From Pseudomonas phage vB_PaeM_GXNNA8, in sequence record PV400810.1: a stretch of 64,000 bases of DNA. One strand, given 5' to 3'. Position numbers and translations under genes: made by a program. Every line of letters starts with the position of its first letter. The stretch's first letter is position 1. The notes beneath the pieces are model-generated. The model saw nothing but the letters and a program-made list of their open reading frames with translations. It had not been told where the DNA came from and did not search any database. Shown in pieces: positions 27,452 through 37,026 of this stretch.

Positions 27452-28984
27452 ATGAACGATTTGCTGGTGTTAGTAAAACTGTTATCAGCAATATATCAGG
27501 CCAAAAAACTAAAAGACACGAACCTGATCGAAGAACTGACAGACTTACTGGAAGAACTCCCAGCCCCAAATCCCGATGTGATGTCTCAAGACCGACGTGT
27601 CAGGGACAGCATCCGGTCTTCAATTAGCTGGCTGCTAGACCAGTCTAATGACGATCCACTTATAAAATCGTTGCTGATGCAGCGGGTAGCGATCTTCTGC
27701 AAGAATGATGACAGTCTCAGGGATGCGGTGAATGTTGGGTTGGAAGACCTGGAAACAGAGGAACTGTCTCGTCGTCTGGTGTATAAACAGATCACAGAGA
27801 TTCGTTCCAGTATGGAAGATGAGGTCTTCGAGAAGCAGTTCAAGAAAGCTATGAAAGAAGTCCTGTACAAGGACCTCGTTGATACCAAACCCGAAGACTT
27901 TGCTAAACTGATTGATTTGATCCAAGAGCGGGTGAATAACGCGTATGGGGAACGTCAATCCGAAGTGGTGAGTTCCGTCAATACGGCTACACCGGAAAGT
28001 ATGCTCGATATCATCGAGATGGCGAAGACGGAGAACAGTTCAGAAGGGATCATTAAAACCGGTATTCAAGGTCTTAATCAAGGATTGGAACCGGATGGAG
28101 GCTTACGTCGAAGTAAGATGTACCTCCTAGAAGCCATGACGAACAGAGGTAAGTCTTTCGGTATGGCTCACCTGATTGCCTCAGCAGGGATGTACAACAA
28201 ACCCATGCTGCGGAATAAGGCTAAGATTCCAACGATCCTGTATGAATCGGCTGAGGATGCCATGGAACTGGTGATTCGTCGGATCTACAAGCTGGCAGTA
28301 ACCACCAAGTACAAAGAAGACCGGGACTTTCAGGTGACTGAAAGCATGGACATTGTAACTGCTATTGCGGATTGCTTCCGGAAGAATGGGTGGTACCTGG
28401 TGATTAACCAGATTGAAGCCCATAAAGACAATCGGGACAAGATGTTCGCTCGTGTACGGCAATTGGAACTCAAAGGCCATGAGATCATCCTGTACGGGTA
28501 TGATTACTTGGCGTTGCAGAATTTCGATAAACTCCCTGGGGAGAATAAGTCCGATAAACTTCAATTACTATTCCGTACTGTCCGGTCATTTATGATTGCC
28601 CGGGGTATTTGTTTCTTAACACCTCACCAGTTGAGTCCTGAAGCTAAGAAACTACTAAAAGAACTGGATGATGAGTCTGAGGTCTACTTCGCTCGGGAAG
28701 TCTCTGGTAAGTCAATGACAGAAACGTCTACGAAGATTACCAACGAAGTGGATGGTGTCATTACCATTCATGTGGCGAAGACGTCCATGAAGAATTACTT
28801 TACCTGTTCCATTGGTAAACAACGGGGTGAAGGGTGTTCACCTGAGAAGCGGTTCTTTATTTATGATCTTGATCCCGTGTTAGGGCTTGTACATGACATT
28901 AATGGTAAACCCGCCTTTAGACGGTCTTTGCAACAACGCTTTAATGAGAATGGTGATGTCGTGAAAGATTGGGACGCCATGTAA
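27452..28984 (+). CDS. DnaB-like (SF4, RecA-fold) replicative helicase
   Basis: Walker-A-like AMTNRGKS, Walker-B-like EIILYGYDYL, H4-like motif FLTPHQLSPE (compare DnaB SQLNR). Track ORF is 27359..28984. The ATG at 27452 follows AGGGG. Confidence 0.5.
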   Translation: MNDLLVLVKLLSAIYQAKKLKDTNLIEELTDLLEELPAPNPDVMSQDRRVRDSIRSSISWLLDQSNDDPLIKSLLMQRVAIFCKNDDSLRDAVNVGLEDLETEELSRRLVYKQITEIRSSMEDEVFEKQFKKAMKEVLYKDLVDTKPEDFAKLIDLIQERVNNAYGERQSEVVSSVNTATPESMLDIIEMAKTENSSEGIIKTGIQGLNQGLEPDGGLRRSKMYLLEAMTNRGKSFGMAHLIASAGMYNKPMLRNKAKIPTILYESAEDAMELVIRRIYKLAVTTKYKEDRDFQVTESMDIVTAIADCFRKNGWYLVINQIEAHKDNRDKMFARVRQLELKGHEIILYGYDYLALQNFDKLPGENKSDKLQLLFRTVRSFMIARGICFLTPHQLSPEAKKLLKELDDESEVYFAREVSGKSMTETSTKITNEVDGVITIHVAKTSMKNYFTCSIGKQRGEGCSPEKRFFIYDLDPVLGLVHDINGKPAFRRSLQQRFNENGDVVKDWDAM

Positions 28985-29003
28985 AGACAAAATGAATAAT
29001 AGA

Positions 29004-29040
29004 CCCCCTACCCCCTAGCCTGAGAGCTAGGGGGTAGGGG
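29004..29040. terminator. bidirectional hairpin CCCCCTACCCCCTAGC-ctgaga-GCTAGGGGGTAGGGG between the helicase (+) and ParB-like (-) genes
   Basis: 15-bp stem. Confidence 0.65.
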
Positions 29041-29049
29041 TATGTCACG

Positions 29050-29409
29050 TTACATAACGCGATTACGGTAACCCTTTACTTTAAAGGGGCTTCCTTTACC
29101 TTTAAACCAGTCCGTTGGAATGACCTTAACGTTCAAGGTGGGTTGTCCTTCCCAATGGGCTTTAAGGAACCGGTGCCAGCCATCAATGATCACCCACTCT
29201 CCTTCCCATTCCGTAATCAGCAACGGAAAGGAATAATCCGCTCGCTTAATCCGGTCCTTGTCCTCTTCAACGGCATGCGCCAGGAGCCATTCAAAGTCCT
29301 TTAAGGGAACCGTTTGAACGGGGAGTGTCTCACTTCGACGGAGGAAGTCGTTGAGGTGGTAGACTTTACCGTCATGAACGAACGTAGATCCATATTCCTG
29401 ATACGCCAT
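29050..29409 (-). CDS. ParB/sulfiredoxin-like nuclease-domain protein
   Basis: VIIDGWHRFLKA matches the ParB-N DGxHR core. Confidence 0.4.
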   Translation of the reverse strand: MAYQEYGSTFVHDGKVYHLNDFLRRSETLPVQTVPLKDFEWLLAHAVEEDKDRIKRADYSFPLLITEWEGEWVIIDGWHRFLKAHWEGQPTLNVKVIPTDWFKGKGSPFKVKGYRNRVM

Positions 29410-30116
29410 TAGTCCCCCTTAATGGGTAGATCCATCCGAACAGTTCGAGTCGGTTGGGTGTAGTCTTCCAACAGGCCCATGAGCTGCTCCCGGAGACGAT
29501 CCCAGCTCGGTTGAGTAATCGTTAGGTTATCCAACTTCAGTCGGATATTCCGAACCTCAGGGTCTGCGAAGACTTCCGTCAACGGGAAATACGCATAGTT
29601 CCGTCCTATTTTAAACCGAACCTTGTATTTCTCGTCAAAGAACTTCAAACTGTGATTCAACCGTTCCAGCAAGATACTCGCCACGTGTTCTTCCGGTAGA
29701 GACAGGTAATAATCCCCGTCTTGGGTAAAGACCAACCCTTCCTTATCGTGGAGGGTGACTTTACCGGCTTCTAATACGGCTTCAAACCGCCCGTCCTTGT
29801 TGTCGTGGAACATCAGGGTATGGGTGCTCCGTCCCATCTTCACCACCCGCTTATTGTGCTTATAGCACGCAATCACCACCAACAACGGTAACGTCTGGTA
29901 ATCATACGAACGATCGCTTAGGTATTCCTCCACTTCCCCCTCGCTGGTTTCACGGATAATCACCAGGTGTTCAGCATACACGTCATACAACACCGATTCG
30001 TTATGATCCAGCAACGTGGTAAAAAACCGTTTGGATTCACCGTTAATGAACAGACCGGTGTCATGTGTATGGGTTTTACCCAATAGGTCTTGTTCAAACA
30101 CCACTTGGTAATGCAT
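29409..30116 (-). CDS. hypothetical protein (235 aa)
   Basis: ORF whose stop overlaps the start of the ParB-like gene. Confidence 0.5.
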   Translation of the reverse strand: MHYQVVFEQDLLGKTHTHDTGLFINGESKRFFTTLLDHNESVLYDVYAEHLVIIRETSEGEVEEYLSDRSYDYQTLPLLVVIACYKHNKRVVKMGRSTHTLMFHDNKDGRFEAVLEAGKVTLHDKEGLVFTQDGDYYLSLPEEHVASILLERLNHSLKFFDEKYKVRFKIGRNYAYFPLTEVFADPEVRNIRLKLDNLTITQPSWDRLREQLMGLLEDYTQPTRTVRMDLPIKGD

Positions 30117-30205
30117 AAACCGAATCTCCTAAATGATCCATTGGGTATAATCACGACGGTAATATAGGTTTGATTTCCCCTTTAGCTTAAATGCGGTATA
30201 ACACC

Positions 30206-30232
30206 CCCTACCTAAGCTCAGCTTAGGTAGGG
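30206..30232 (-). terminator. hairpin CCCTACCTAAGC-tca-GCTTAGGTAGGG
   Basis: 12-bp stem between minus-strand genes. Confidence 0.5.
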
Positions 30233-30282
30233 AGGTCAGTAATGGGGTAGTAAGTGGGTATACCAGTAAACATTTACTGTTT

Positions 30283-30723
30283 TCATGTCTCAAAGTCTAC
30301 AGGGGGAGGAGCAGTCAGCAAGCGATCACCCGCATACACCGCCCCGTAATACCCGGGGCCTTCTTGATACAACGGTTCTGTCTTCGTAAAGGCTAAGAAG
30401 ACATCTTCCAATCCGTCAGGGACTTTACACAACGGAGGATCAGTAGGGGGTTTATCTTGAAGTACTCTGTACGCTTCTGTAAGCTTCCAATAGAGCCGAT
30501 TGTCCTTACCCGCCTCTACCGTACTCCTTTCTACCTGATCGCCTCGCCTAAGCGCTGCTAGACGCCTTACCAGCATCACAAACAACGCATCCGCCTTAGC
30601 AAAGGTAATCTTCGCCTCCCTTTCCAATAACCGTATCAATATCCCCGCATTCGTTTGATCCTCTACACTCACGTGTAAGAGATCAAATGTATTCTTAATT
30701 TCATTAACCCCACGATGCGTCAT
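30283..30723 (-). CDS. hypothetical protein (146 aa)
   Basis: ORF. Confidence 0.5.
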   Translation of the reverse strand: MTHRGVNEIKNTFDLLHVSVEDQTNAGILIRLLEREAKITFAKADALFVMLVRRLAALRRGDQVERSTVEAGKDNRLYWKLTEAYRVLQDKPPTDPPLCKVPDGLEDVFLAFTKTEPLYQEGPGYYGAVYAGDRLLTAPPPVDFET

Positions 30724-30965
30724 TGTTTTTCTTTTCCTTTAACCGTGATGCGTTCACCAAGCAGACCGAGCACACGTTCGTCTTTGCCGTCGTCGAGACA
30801 GGGAATGATATCAGGTAGAGGTTCAGTTGCCCGGAGGCGTTTTCGGATGAGTTTGAGCATTACAGGCCCGGGTATCTCGCTCGTCCGCGTAGTGCCGTAC
30901 AAATGGTAACCTGCCAGTAAGTCTGCCAGTTGACGGTTACTGAAATGGTCGAAATCCCCAGTCAT
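30720..30965 (-). CDS. hypothetical small protein (~81 aa)
   Basis: Track ORF is 30720..31004. I prefer the ATG at 30965 (MTGDFDHF), which follows GGAG. It is the first gene downstream of the ori-like region. Confidence 0.4.
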   Translation of the reverse strand: MTGDFDHFSNRQLADLLAGYHLYGTTRTSEIPGPVMLKLIRKRLRATEPLPDIIPCLDDGKDERVLGLLGERITVKGKEKQ

Positions 30966-31004
30966 GGTATTTACTCCGGTAGTGAATCGGTAATGGCAGA
31001 GCAA

Positions 31005-31320
31005 TCTTCTCAGCTCTGCTTGCTGAATGTATTAATCAGAACGTGTTGGAATACTGATTAACCTACGGTTCTCTCTCCTTTTTCCTCATCCCCCTTCCGG
31101 GGGTATAAGGGGGTATTCCCTCTCTTCCCTTTCTCTTCTCTCTCTGTATTCCGTATAGATCAAAAGAAAGATCTAAAGAGAATAGAGAAAGATCAAAAGA
31201 GAGAACAAGGAAGTCGTAGTTACTCCGTAACTACTCCACTCTTTATTAGGAAATAAACCCCTTTCCCCACTGCTTGTCAGCCAGTTTACAATACAATAAA
31301 TACATTAAGTGATAAATTAC
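31005..31320. promoter_or_regulatory. 315-bp non-coding region: polypyrimidine tract (~31066-31146), polypurine tract with 3 GATC in ~40 bp (31147-31212), inverted repeats TAATCAG/CTGATTA and GTAGTTAC/GTAACTAC; candidate origin of replication or regulatory hub
   Basis: The CT-rich run ctctctcctttttcctcatccccc...ctctcttccctttctcttctctctctg is followed by agatcaaaagaaagatctaaagagaatagagaaagatcaaaagagag (a mirror / inverted-complement relationship). A GGGGGTAT direct repeat is present. The region sits next to the helicase/ParB module. Confidence 0.4.
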
Positions 31321-32664
31321 CTAAGGAGCATCAAATACCCTGTCATTCAAGAAGAGGGTTAAAGCAGAATGTTCCCTGAAGATAATATCTGGACTTTCCG
31401 TATCCTTCATGAGTTCAGTACGAGCACCAATCAAAGTACCCTCCTTGTACTTCAAGCGATCATCCCCACTCATAAAGAAGAACCGTACAGGCATACCCGG
31501 TTCTAGTAAGTCCCTGTTCGAGTTATTCCACTGGATCGTTTCCAATGTCCCATCATTGTAAGCATTCACGGATAAGTGCTTACAGAGGTTATTGGTAGGA
31601 GTCGGTTCAAAGGGTATAATCTCCTCCCCACTGCTCCGCTTAGCGGTTTGGTATTCGGAGAGGGAATCAGGACGGGTAGATGCTGACTGACCCTTAGCGT
31701 AGTAGTTGCCCACTTCACCCATGACCGCGTCCGAACTGATCAACCGTTTACCCGTACCCTCATTCTGACGGTCAATGTCAGCCCCATCCACATGTCGACC
31801 TGTACCGGTTGCCAAGATCGTTGTAACCCGGTCTTGGGTAAAGTACGTGGCGTGGAGGGTAGGGACTGCATCAGGGGGTAGTCGATAAATACTCAGTACC
31901 CGTTTACCGTTCTCATACCGACCGATCTTGAAGAGCGGGTAAATCATCCAAAGGCCTTTCTGGTAATACATCCCAAAGCCTTTGGTATAGATCCCAAACT
32001 CCTCATGGGTCTGCATCCACATCCCTAACTGGGGTAAAGGCACCGCAGACGGTATATCGATCAACTTAAAGACCCGAGGGTTATCAATAGGGCGTTCAAT
32101 GTCCACCCCTCTAAAGGCATCCTTACCCGTCAACTGAAGTTGCTTACCGTATTTGGTGAGTTGGTAGTGGAGCGCGTCATCCAAGGTGGTCATTAAGTGT
32201 TTGTCAGACACCATCTCATTCTTCAGCAAAGCGTACCCCAGTTCAATCATCTGGAACTTAACCGTTATCAGGTTAATACTGTCCTTACCTTCCAGGTGAG
32301 CCAAATGGACGCTGTTACCGGCCATCTCAGGGTTCGAGTCACTCAAGGGGATACACCGGAACCGACTCATGGTTTGATGAAGACCTTGGCGTTCGACCAC
32401 TTCAATAAAGAGATTGTCCTTATAGGGCAGGATTCGGTTCAGGTAAACCCCGGGTTGCAAGTTGCCCTGAATACGCCAGTCATCGGAACAGTTCGCTGAA
32501 TACATCGACAACCGAGCCATCCCCGTGGGGATAATCAGTTCAATCTGTTCAACCGGAGTAATGATCGTTGCAAACAGTCGGATCTTCTTATCCGACCGTT
32601 GCGTATTCACCGAGTTTGCTAAGGCGATTAAGTTAGCTAATGGACGTGGTAATTCCATACTCAC
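31321..32664 (-). CDS. hypothetical (structural?) protein (447 aa)
   Basis: First gene of a translationally coupled minus-strand operon (31321..37026). Confidence 0.55.
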   Translation of the reverse strand: MSMELPRPLANLIALANSVNTQRSDKKIRLFATIITPVEQIELIIPTGMARLSMYSANCSDDWRIQGNLQPGVYLNRILPYKDNLFIEVVERQGLHQTMSRFRCIPLSDSNPEMAGNSVHLAHLEGKDSINLITVKFQMIELGYALLKNEMVSDKHLMTTLDDALHYQLTKYGKQLQLTGKDAFRGVDIERPIDNPRVFKLIDIPSAVPLPQLGMWMQTHEEFGIYTKGFGMYYQKGLWMIYPLFKIGRYENGKRVLSIYRLPPDAVPTLHATYFTQDRVTTILATGTGRHVDGADIDRQNEGTGKRLISSDAVMGEVGNYYAKGQSASTRPDSLSEYQTAKRSSGEEIIPFEPTPTNNLCKHLSVNAYNDGTLETIQWNNSNRDLLEPGMPVRFFFMSGDDRLKYKEGTLIGARTELMKDTESPDIIFREHSALTLFLNDRVFDAP

Positions 32665-33395
32665 AGTAATCCTGTCGGTTTATTGAACAACCAAGGACCG
32701 AGATCCTCAGGTGTATCATGCGTGGCTAAACTATCCGCTACAGCTTTGTTCGTGATATACGGCTGTTCACTGAGTGAGAGACCCGGGTTCAACGTATCGT
32801 CCCCGAAGAGTTCATCCAAATGACTGACGAAACTGATCTCAGCTTTGGGGGTTCCCATGGCGTTGATACTAAACAGCGCTGACAACTGCATTAGGTTCCG
32901 TTTATCGGTCTCTTGAACATCACCCCCCAGTTCCCGTAGTTTCTTCTTATCCAAGTACGGTTTAATCCGTTTGTAGAAGTTAAAGAGGGTATACGCCAGG
33001 AGTTCCAGCTTACGAAGTTCATCAATGGAGGGTGTTGGAAACTCCGGTGCTTTCTTAAAGAGTTCACACCAGAGACAAATGTACTCCTGAATGGATTCGT
33101 AGATCAACGGAATCACAATCTGAGGTTCCCTGAATCCCAAATCCTTCTCACTGGACAAGTTAGGCAGGATATCGATGATCCTGGGAACACTCATCCGTCG
33201 AACTTGGTATTCGTTGTAGTAATTCGGATCTCCAACGAACCCCTCCTGGGAGTATTCTTCCCGATCCCGGAGTTCTTCCAAACTCATGAGCATTGCGGGC
33301 GTTACCCACACATCGAAGGACCGGTTATTCAGAATGTTGTAGAGTTCGATTAGTCGGGTGCGTATGGTGTTATACCGACTTAAGGGCATGCTCAT
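32661..33395 (-). CDS. hypothetical protein (244 aa)
   Basis: 4-nt overlaps with both neighbours. Confidence 0.55.
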   Translation of the reverse strand: MSMPLSRYNTIRTRLIELYNILNNRSFDVWVTPAMLMSLEELRDREEYSQEGFVGDPNYYNEYQVRRMSVPRIIDILPNLSSEKDLGFREPQIVIPLIYESIQEYICLWCELFKKAPEFPTPSIDELRKLELLAYTLFNFYKRIKPYLDKKKLRELGGDVQETDKRNLMQLSALFSINAMGTPKAEISFVSHLDELFGDDTLNPGLSLSEQPYITNKAVADSLATHDTPEDLGPWLFNKPTGLL

Positions 33396-34687
33396 AGCGG
33401 ACCTCCAAATTTACGCGCGTACTTCAGCAGCATCAGCAGAATAGCCCCTTCGTACAGTTGTTCTACCGGTTCCTTATCAAAGTACCCTTCGCAATAGGCT
33501 AAGAGTTCTTTATGATCCGTGACTTTCGTGGTAAGGGTTCGGTACAGGAGGTTCTCAAAGGCGCCTTCGGGTTTCCCTTGGTAAAAGCCTTGACTAAAGA
33601 GGTACGTAATGTCCTCTTGTTTCCCGGGAATAACAATGGGATACCCGTCCATATTGAAGTGAACCCGATACGCAATGAAGTCCTTAGGGTTGGTGGTCAC
33701 GAACCACCGGATCTTACTCGACGACAGGTTACCGTACAACCGGCTGTTCATTAAGCGGGTTACTTCCACCAAGGCGGCTTTGTTGTCGCACACCTTCAAG
33801 AGATTCAAATCCCCCCTCAACAACACTTCCCAAATGTTGTTCGTTCCCCACCGGCTGTACTCCAATCCCCCGTACTGAACCGAGAACTGGTTAATGGGTG
33901 GGTAGTTCTGTCGCATGTCCGGGGTAATGAACGCAGACAGGAAGTTCACCAGATAAGGGTCATACACCTTATCCTTCTCATTGGTCCCCTTCTTATCGAA
34001 CACGATGGTGCGTTCGGGGTTCCAGTAGAACCGTTTCAGGATATGACTGGCGATGGTTTGATTCCACTGGAAGAGTTTCTGTCCAACCTCCTCTTCCCCT
34101 TTAGTAATCAGGGAAGCCCCTCCATGGAGTACAGAATCTTTGGAATACACCCGGTGTTGGACCACCCGTCCTTGGAGAATGGTATCCGTCTCCTGGTCCA
34201 GGATACCCCTCAATACCGCGGTAACGAAGTACACCTTATTTGCGGTGAAATTACGAATTTCCGGTTGTTCCGTACACGCAAAGAGCCCTGCTCGACCATC
34301 CCCAATGTCCACAATAAACACATCATGGCGAATAGGGTTGGCATCGGTGGTAAACCAGAAGTTAAAGATCTTGGTGGATTCACCGGTCTGAGGATCAAAG
34401 TTAAACGTCTCATCCCCATCGATCTTGAGGGGTAACCGGTCAATACGCACGTAACTCTGGTACGTATCGGTGTTTCCAGGGTAGAAGGGTTTTGGTTCTT
34501 CACCTGGATTCAGGAATTGACGGAAGTACTGACAGAGACGAGGACGTCCTTCAACTTCAGAGAGCAGGCTCTGTTCGGGTTGCCAAACGGAATCCACAAT
34601 GGAATGCCGATACGTCTCGCTGTAGATCCGGGGCGTTTCAGGTTCAATCGGAATATCCCTTCCGATAGGGTTAATATCCAGAGACAT
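33392..34687 (-). CDS. hypothetical protein (431 aa)
   Basis: Coupled ORF. Confidence 0.55.
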   Translation of the reverse strand: MSLDINPIGRDIPIEPETPRIYSETYRHSIVDSVWQPEQSLLSEVEGRPRLCQYFRQFLNPGEEPKPFYPGNTDTYQSYVRIDRLPLKIDGDETFNFDPQTGESTKIFNFWFTTDANPIRHDVFIVDIGDGRAGLFACTEQPEIRNFTANKVYFVTAVLRGILDQETDTILQGRVVQHRVYSKDSVLHGGASLITKGEEEVGQKLFQWNQTIASHILKRFYWNPERTIVFDKKGTNEKDKVYDPYLVNFLSAFITPDMRQNYPPINQFSVQYGGLEYSRWGTNNIWEVLLRGDLNLLKVCDNKAALVEVTRLMNSRLYGNLSSSKIRWFVTTNPKDFIAYRVHFNMDGYPIVIPGKQEDITYLFSQGFYQGKPEGAFENLLYRTLTTKVTDHKELLAYCEGYFDKEPVEQLYEGAILLMLLKYARKFGGPL

Positions 34688-34702
34688 GGTTTCATTTCCT
34701 TC

Positions 34703-36211
34703 TTAATCGTTCCGGTAGGCCCACAGGCCAAAGCCCATCTCATATCGGTTAAAGCGCTCGGTCCAACGACCCCATCCCTTATGGATGTGTTTCCGGAGGT
34801 AGTTGATGTGTAAGTACCACGGTTCAGGTACTTCACTGAAATCGAACCAATCAAAGATCTGAGGCAAAATACCCCAGTCTTCAGGATGATCGATTAAATC
34901 GCTCCAGAATGCGTCAGAATAGTCTCTTATCGCATAGTCGAGGGTTACCACTACTCGATACGTTTTGTTTAAAACAGGCCTGCTGTGGAGCGTTATAGAC
35001 CCCTTCTCATCCAGGGTCAGGTGTTCGGGGGCAATTAACTGGTCATTTTCAAAGACTTGAATCAGAAAAGGGGTTTCAAAATGCTGGAAGGCAACCGCAT
35101 GACGACGAAGTAAATACGCCTTAGCATTGTCGTACCAAACAAAGTCAGGAATATCAAATAGGTTACAAAGTACCTGAGTGGGTTCATCCTCGACTTTGAG
35201 TCGTGCTTGGATCACCGGTTGCATCCAATCGAAGTTAGGCCACGCCCAAGGATCGTGCTTAGGCAGCTTCAAATAGAAGGGGGTGTGTCTGAACCCTTCC
35301 GGGAACATAATCTCCCGACCGGCTTCTACTTCAGGAGCGGCTTTAATGAACTCCGGTAATTCATGTTGAGGTTGGACTCTCGGAATATACTGACTGGGTA
35401 TTTCATCCTGATAAATGTTCAGGGGATACTCAAACTCCCACCCAATGAAATCATTGAAGAAGAAGCTGTACGTAAACTCCACTTCCCACCGACCATAAGT
35501 CGCGCTCTTATTCGTCTTCGCTACAAAGGGTTCGGAGAACTGAATACCAACTCGGTTCTGTTTAAGCGGGATAACTACCCGTTTGTGGTTACCCGCTACG
35601 TTACTGATCACACGCACCGGAAATTGCCACATCTCACCCAGCCATTCAGACGGGTCGGGTACCGACGGGTTGTTCTTCTTCAAGAGGTCGTAAATCACCT
35701 CCAGGAATTCCATAATAGGAGGATTAATGACCATATGAGTCGTTGGGGAGAAGGTGAAGTCAACGACTTGGTTCTCCTTGAGCCGGTTCATACGGTCTTT
35801 CATCTGACGAGCGGTGTTCTCCGAGTTGAACATCGACACGACTTTGACATCAATCCGTTTGTTCTCAAACGTAGGGCACAACAGGATACCCGGTTCCTTG
35901 TTGTACAGTACGGGTCGTTCTACCATCTGACGACGGTTCGTCCAAGCTTCACTACGGTTCACCTCAGGAACAATAAAGATCTTGTTCCTGAAAATCCCAT
36001 CTGTGTACCGATCTGCATGAGGGCCGTCACTCATATTGCTCCCTACGGTCTTCGCAATCTCATTCTCACCGTTGTAGTAAATGGCGGTGGCGGAGTCTAG
36101 CCCGTAGAAGTTCAATACAGCCTTAATGGAATCATAAATCGCAGGACGCAAATAAGCGTCGTAGTTTTCTTCGCATTCAACAAAAGTTTTAAGCATATTC
36201 ACTGCCTGCAC
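34703..36211 (-). CDS. hypothetical protein (502 aa)
   Basis: Long ORF. Confidence 0.55.
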   Translation of the reverse strand: MQAVNMLKTFVECEENYDAYLRPAIYDSIKAVLNFYGLDSATAIYYNGENEIAKTVGSNMSDGPHADRYTDGIFRNKIFIVPEVNRSEAWTNRRQMVERPVLYNKEPGILLCPTFENKRIDVKVVSMFNSENTARQMKDRMNRLKENQVVDFTFSPTTHMVINPPIMEFLEVIYDLLKKNNPSVPDPSEWLGEMWQFPVRVISNVAGNHKRVVIPLKQNRVGIQFSEPFVAKTNKSATYGRWEVEFTYSFFFNDFIGWEFEYPLNIYQDEIPSQYIPRVQPQHELPEFIKAAPEVEAGREIMFPEGFRHTPFYLKLPKHDPWAWPNFDWMQPVIQARLKVEDEPTQVLCNLFDIPDFVWYDNAKAYLLRRHAVAFQHFETPFLIQVFENDQLIAPEHLTLDEKGSITLHSRPVLNKTYRVVVTLDYAIRDYSDAFWSDLIDHPEDWGILPQIFDWFDFSEVPEPWYLHINYLRKHIHKGWGRWTERFNRYEMGFGLWAYRND

Positions 36212-36270
36212 GATGTGGTCTAGGAGGGAGAGGGGTTCCCCCCTTCTCCCTCCCCAGTACCAGACGTTGG

Positions 36271-37026
36271 TTATTCCGGGTCTACGTCACCGGGCGATGG
36301 TTGGGGATCTTCTTCCCCTTCGGAACGGTACCGAATAAACAGATGAGGACCCTCCTCAAGCTTAATGATCACCAAGCCTGAGAAACAATCCGATACGTTA
36401 TCGATCAGTTCTCCCCCTTTCAACCGATCCACCGTAACCGACTGGATCTTAACGGAGTTCAGGTAATCCACCACCTGCTGACAGAAAGTGTCAGACAACC
36501 GAGACCGGTTCTCCGTAAAGAGGTTCCCATTCCCCTGGAAGATTTTAGAACTTAACGCCATCTGGAGACGAGGGGTATCCAAGTCGGTGGCTTTAAGAAT
36601 CCCTGAAGGCCCTAAGCGGGCTTTATTGAGCAGTTTAAGGATCAGGCGCCCTTTCCACAGGATACTGGTCGGAGCGATCTCCAGGGTGACCATCTGGAAA
36701 GGAGAAGGTGCATTCTTGGGCAGGTCTACTTTCCCTTCTGGAACCGTATAGTCCACCCCTTCCACGAGGAAGAGTTTAAACGTGTTACTGAGCCGTTTAA
36801 ACACCTGAGCCAACGGTTCTTGGTCAGCCACCGGGAGCTCAGGAATACTGACCCCCATGTAATCCCCAATATCCTTCTTTGGAATAGGGAGTATGGTTTC
36901 GTCGTTATTCAACTGAACCACCACATACCCGACGTCTTCATCTCCAGGTTGAGTACCCAGGATAACGCTGTCTTTGGGCAGCTGTGTTTGGATCTGTTCC
37001 AAGACACGTGGATGGAGTGTTTTCAT
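36271..37026 (-). CDS. hypothetical protein (251 aa)
   Basis: ORF. Hairpin at ~36224-36254 lies downstream. Confidence 0.5.
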   Translation of the reverse strand: MKTLHPRVLEQIQTQLPKDSVILGTQPGDEDVGYVVVQLNNDETILPIPKKDIGDYMGVSIPELPVADQEPLAQVFKRLSNTFKLFLVEGVDYTVPEGKVDLPKNAPSPFQMVTLEIAPTSILWKGRLILKLLNKARLGPSGILKATDLDTPRLQMALSSKIFQGNGNLFTENRSRLSDTFCQQVVDYLNSVKIQSVTVDRLKGGELIDNVSDCFSGLVIIKLEEGPHLFIRYRSEGEEDPQPSPGDVDPE

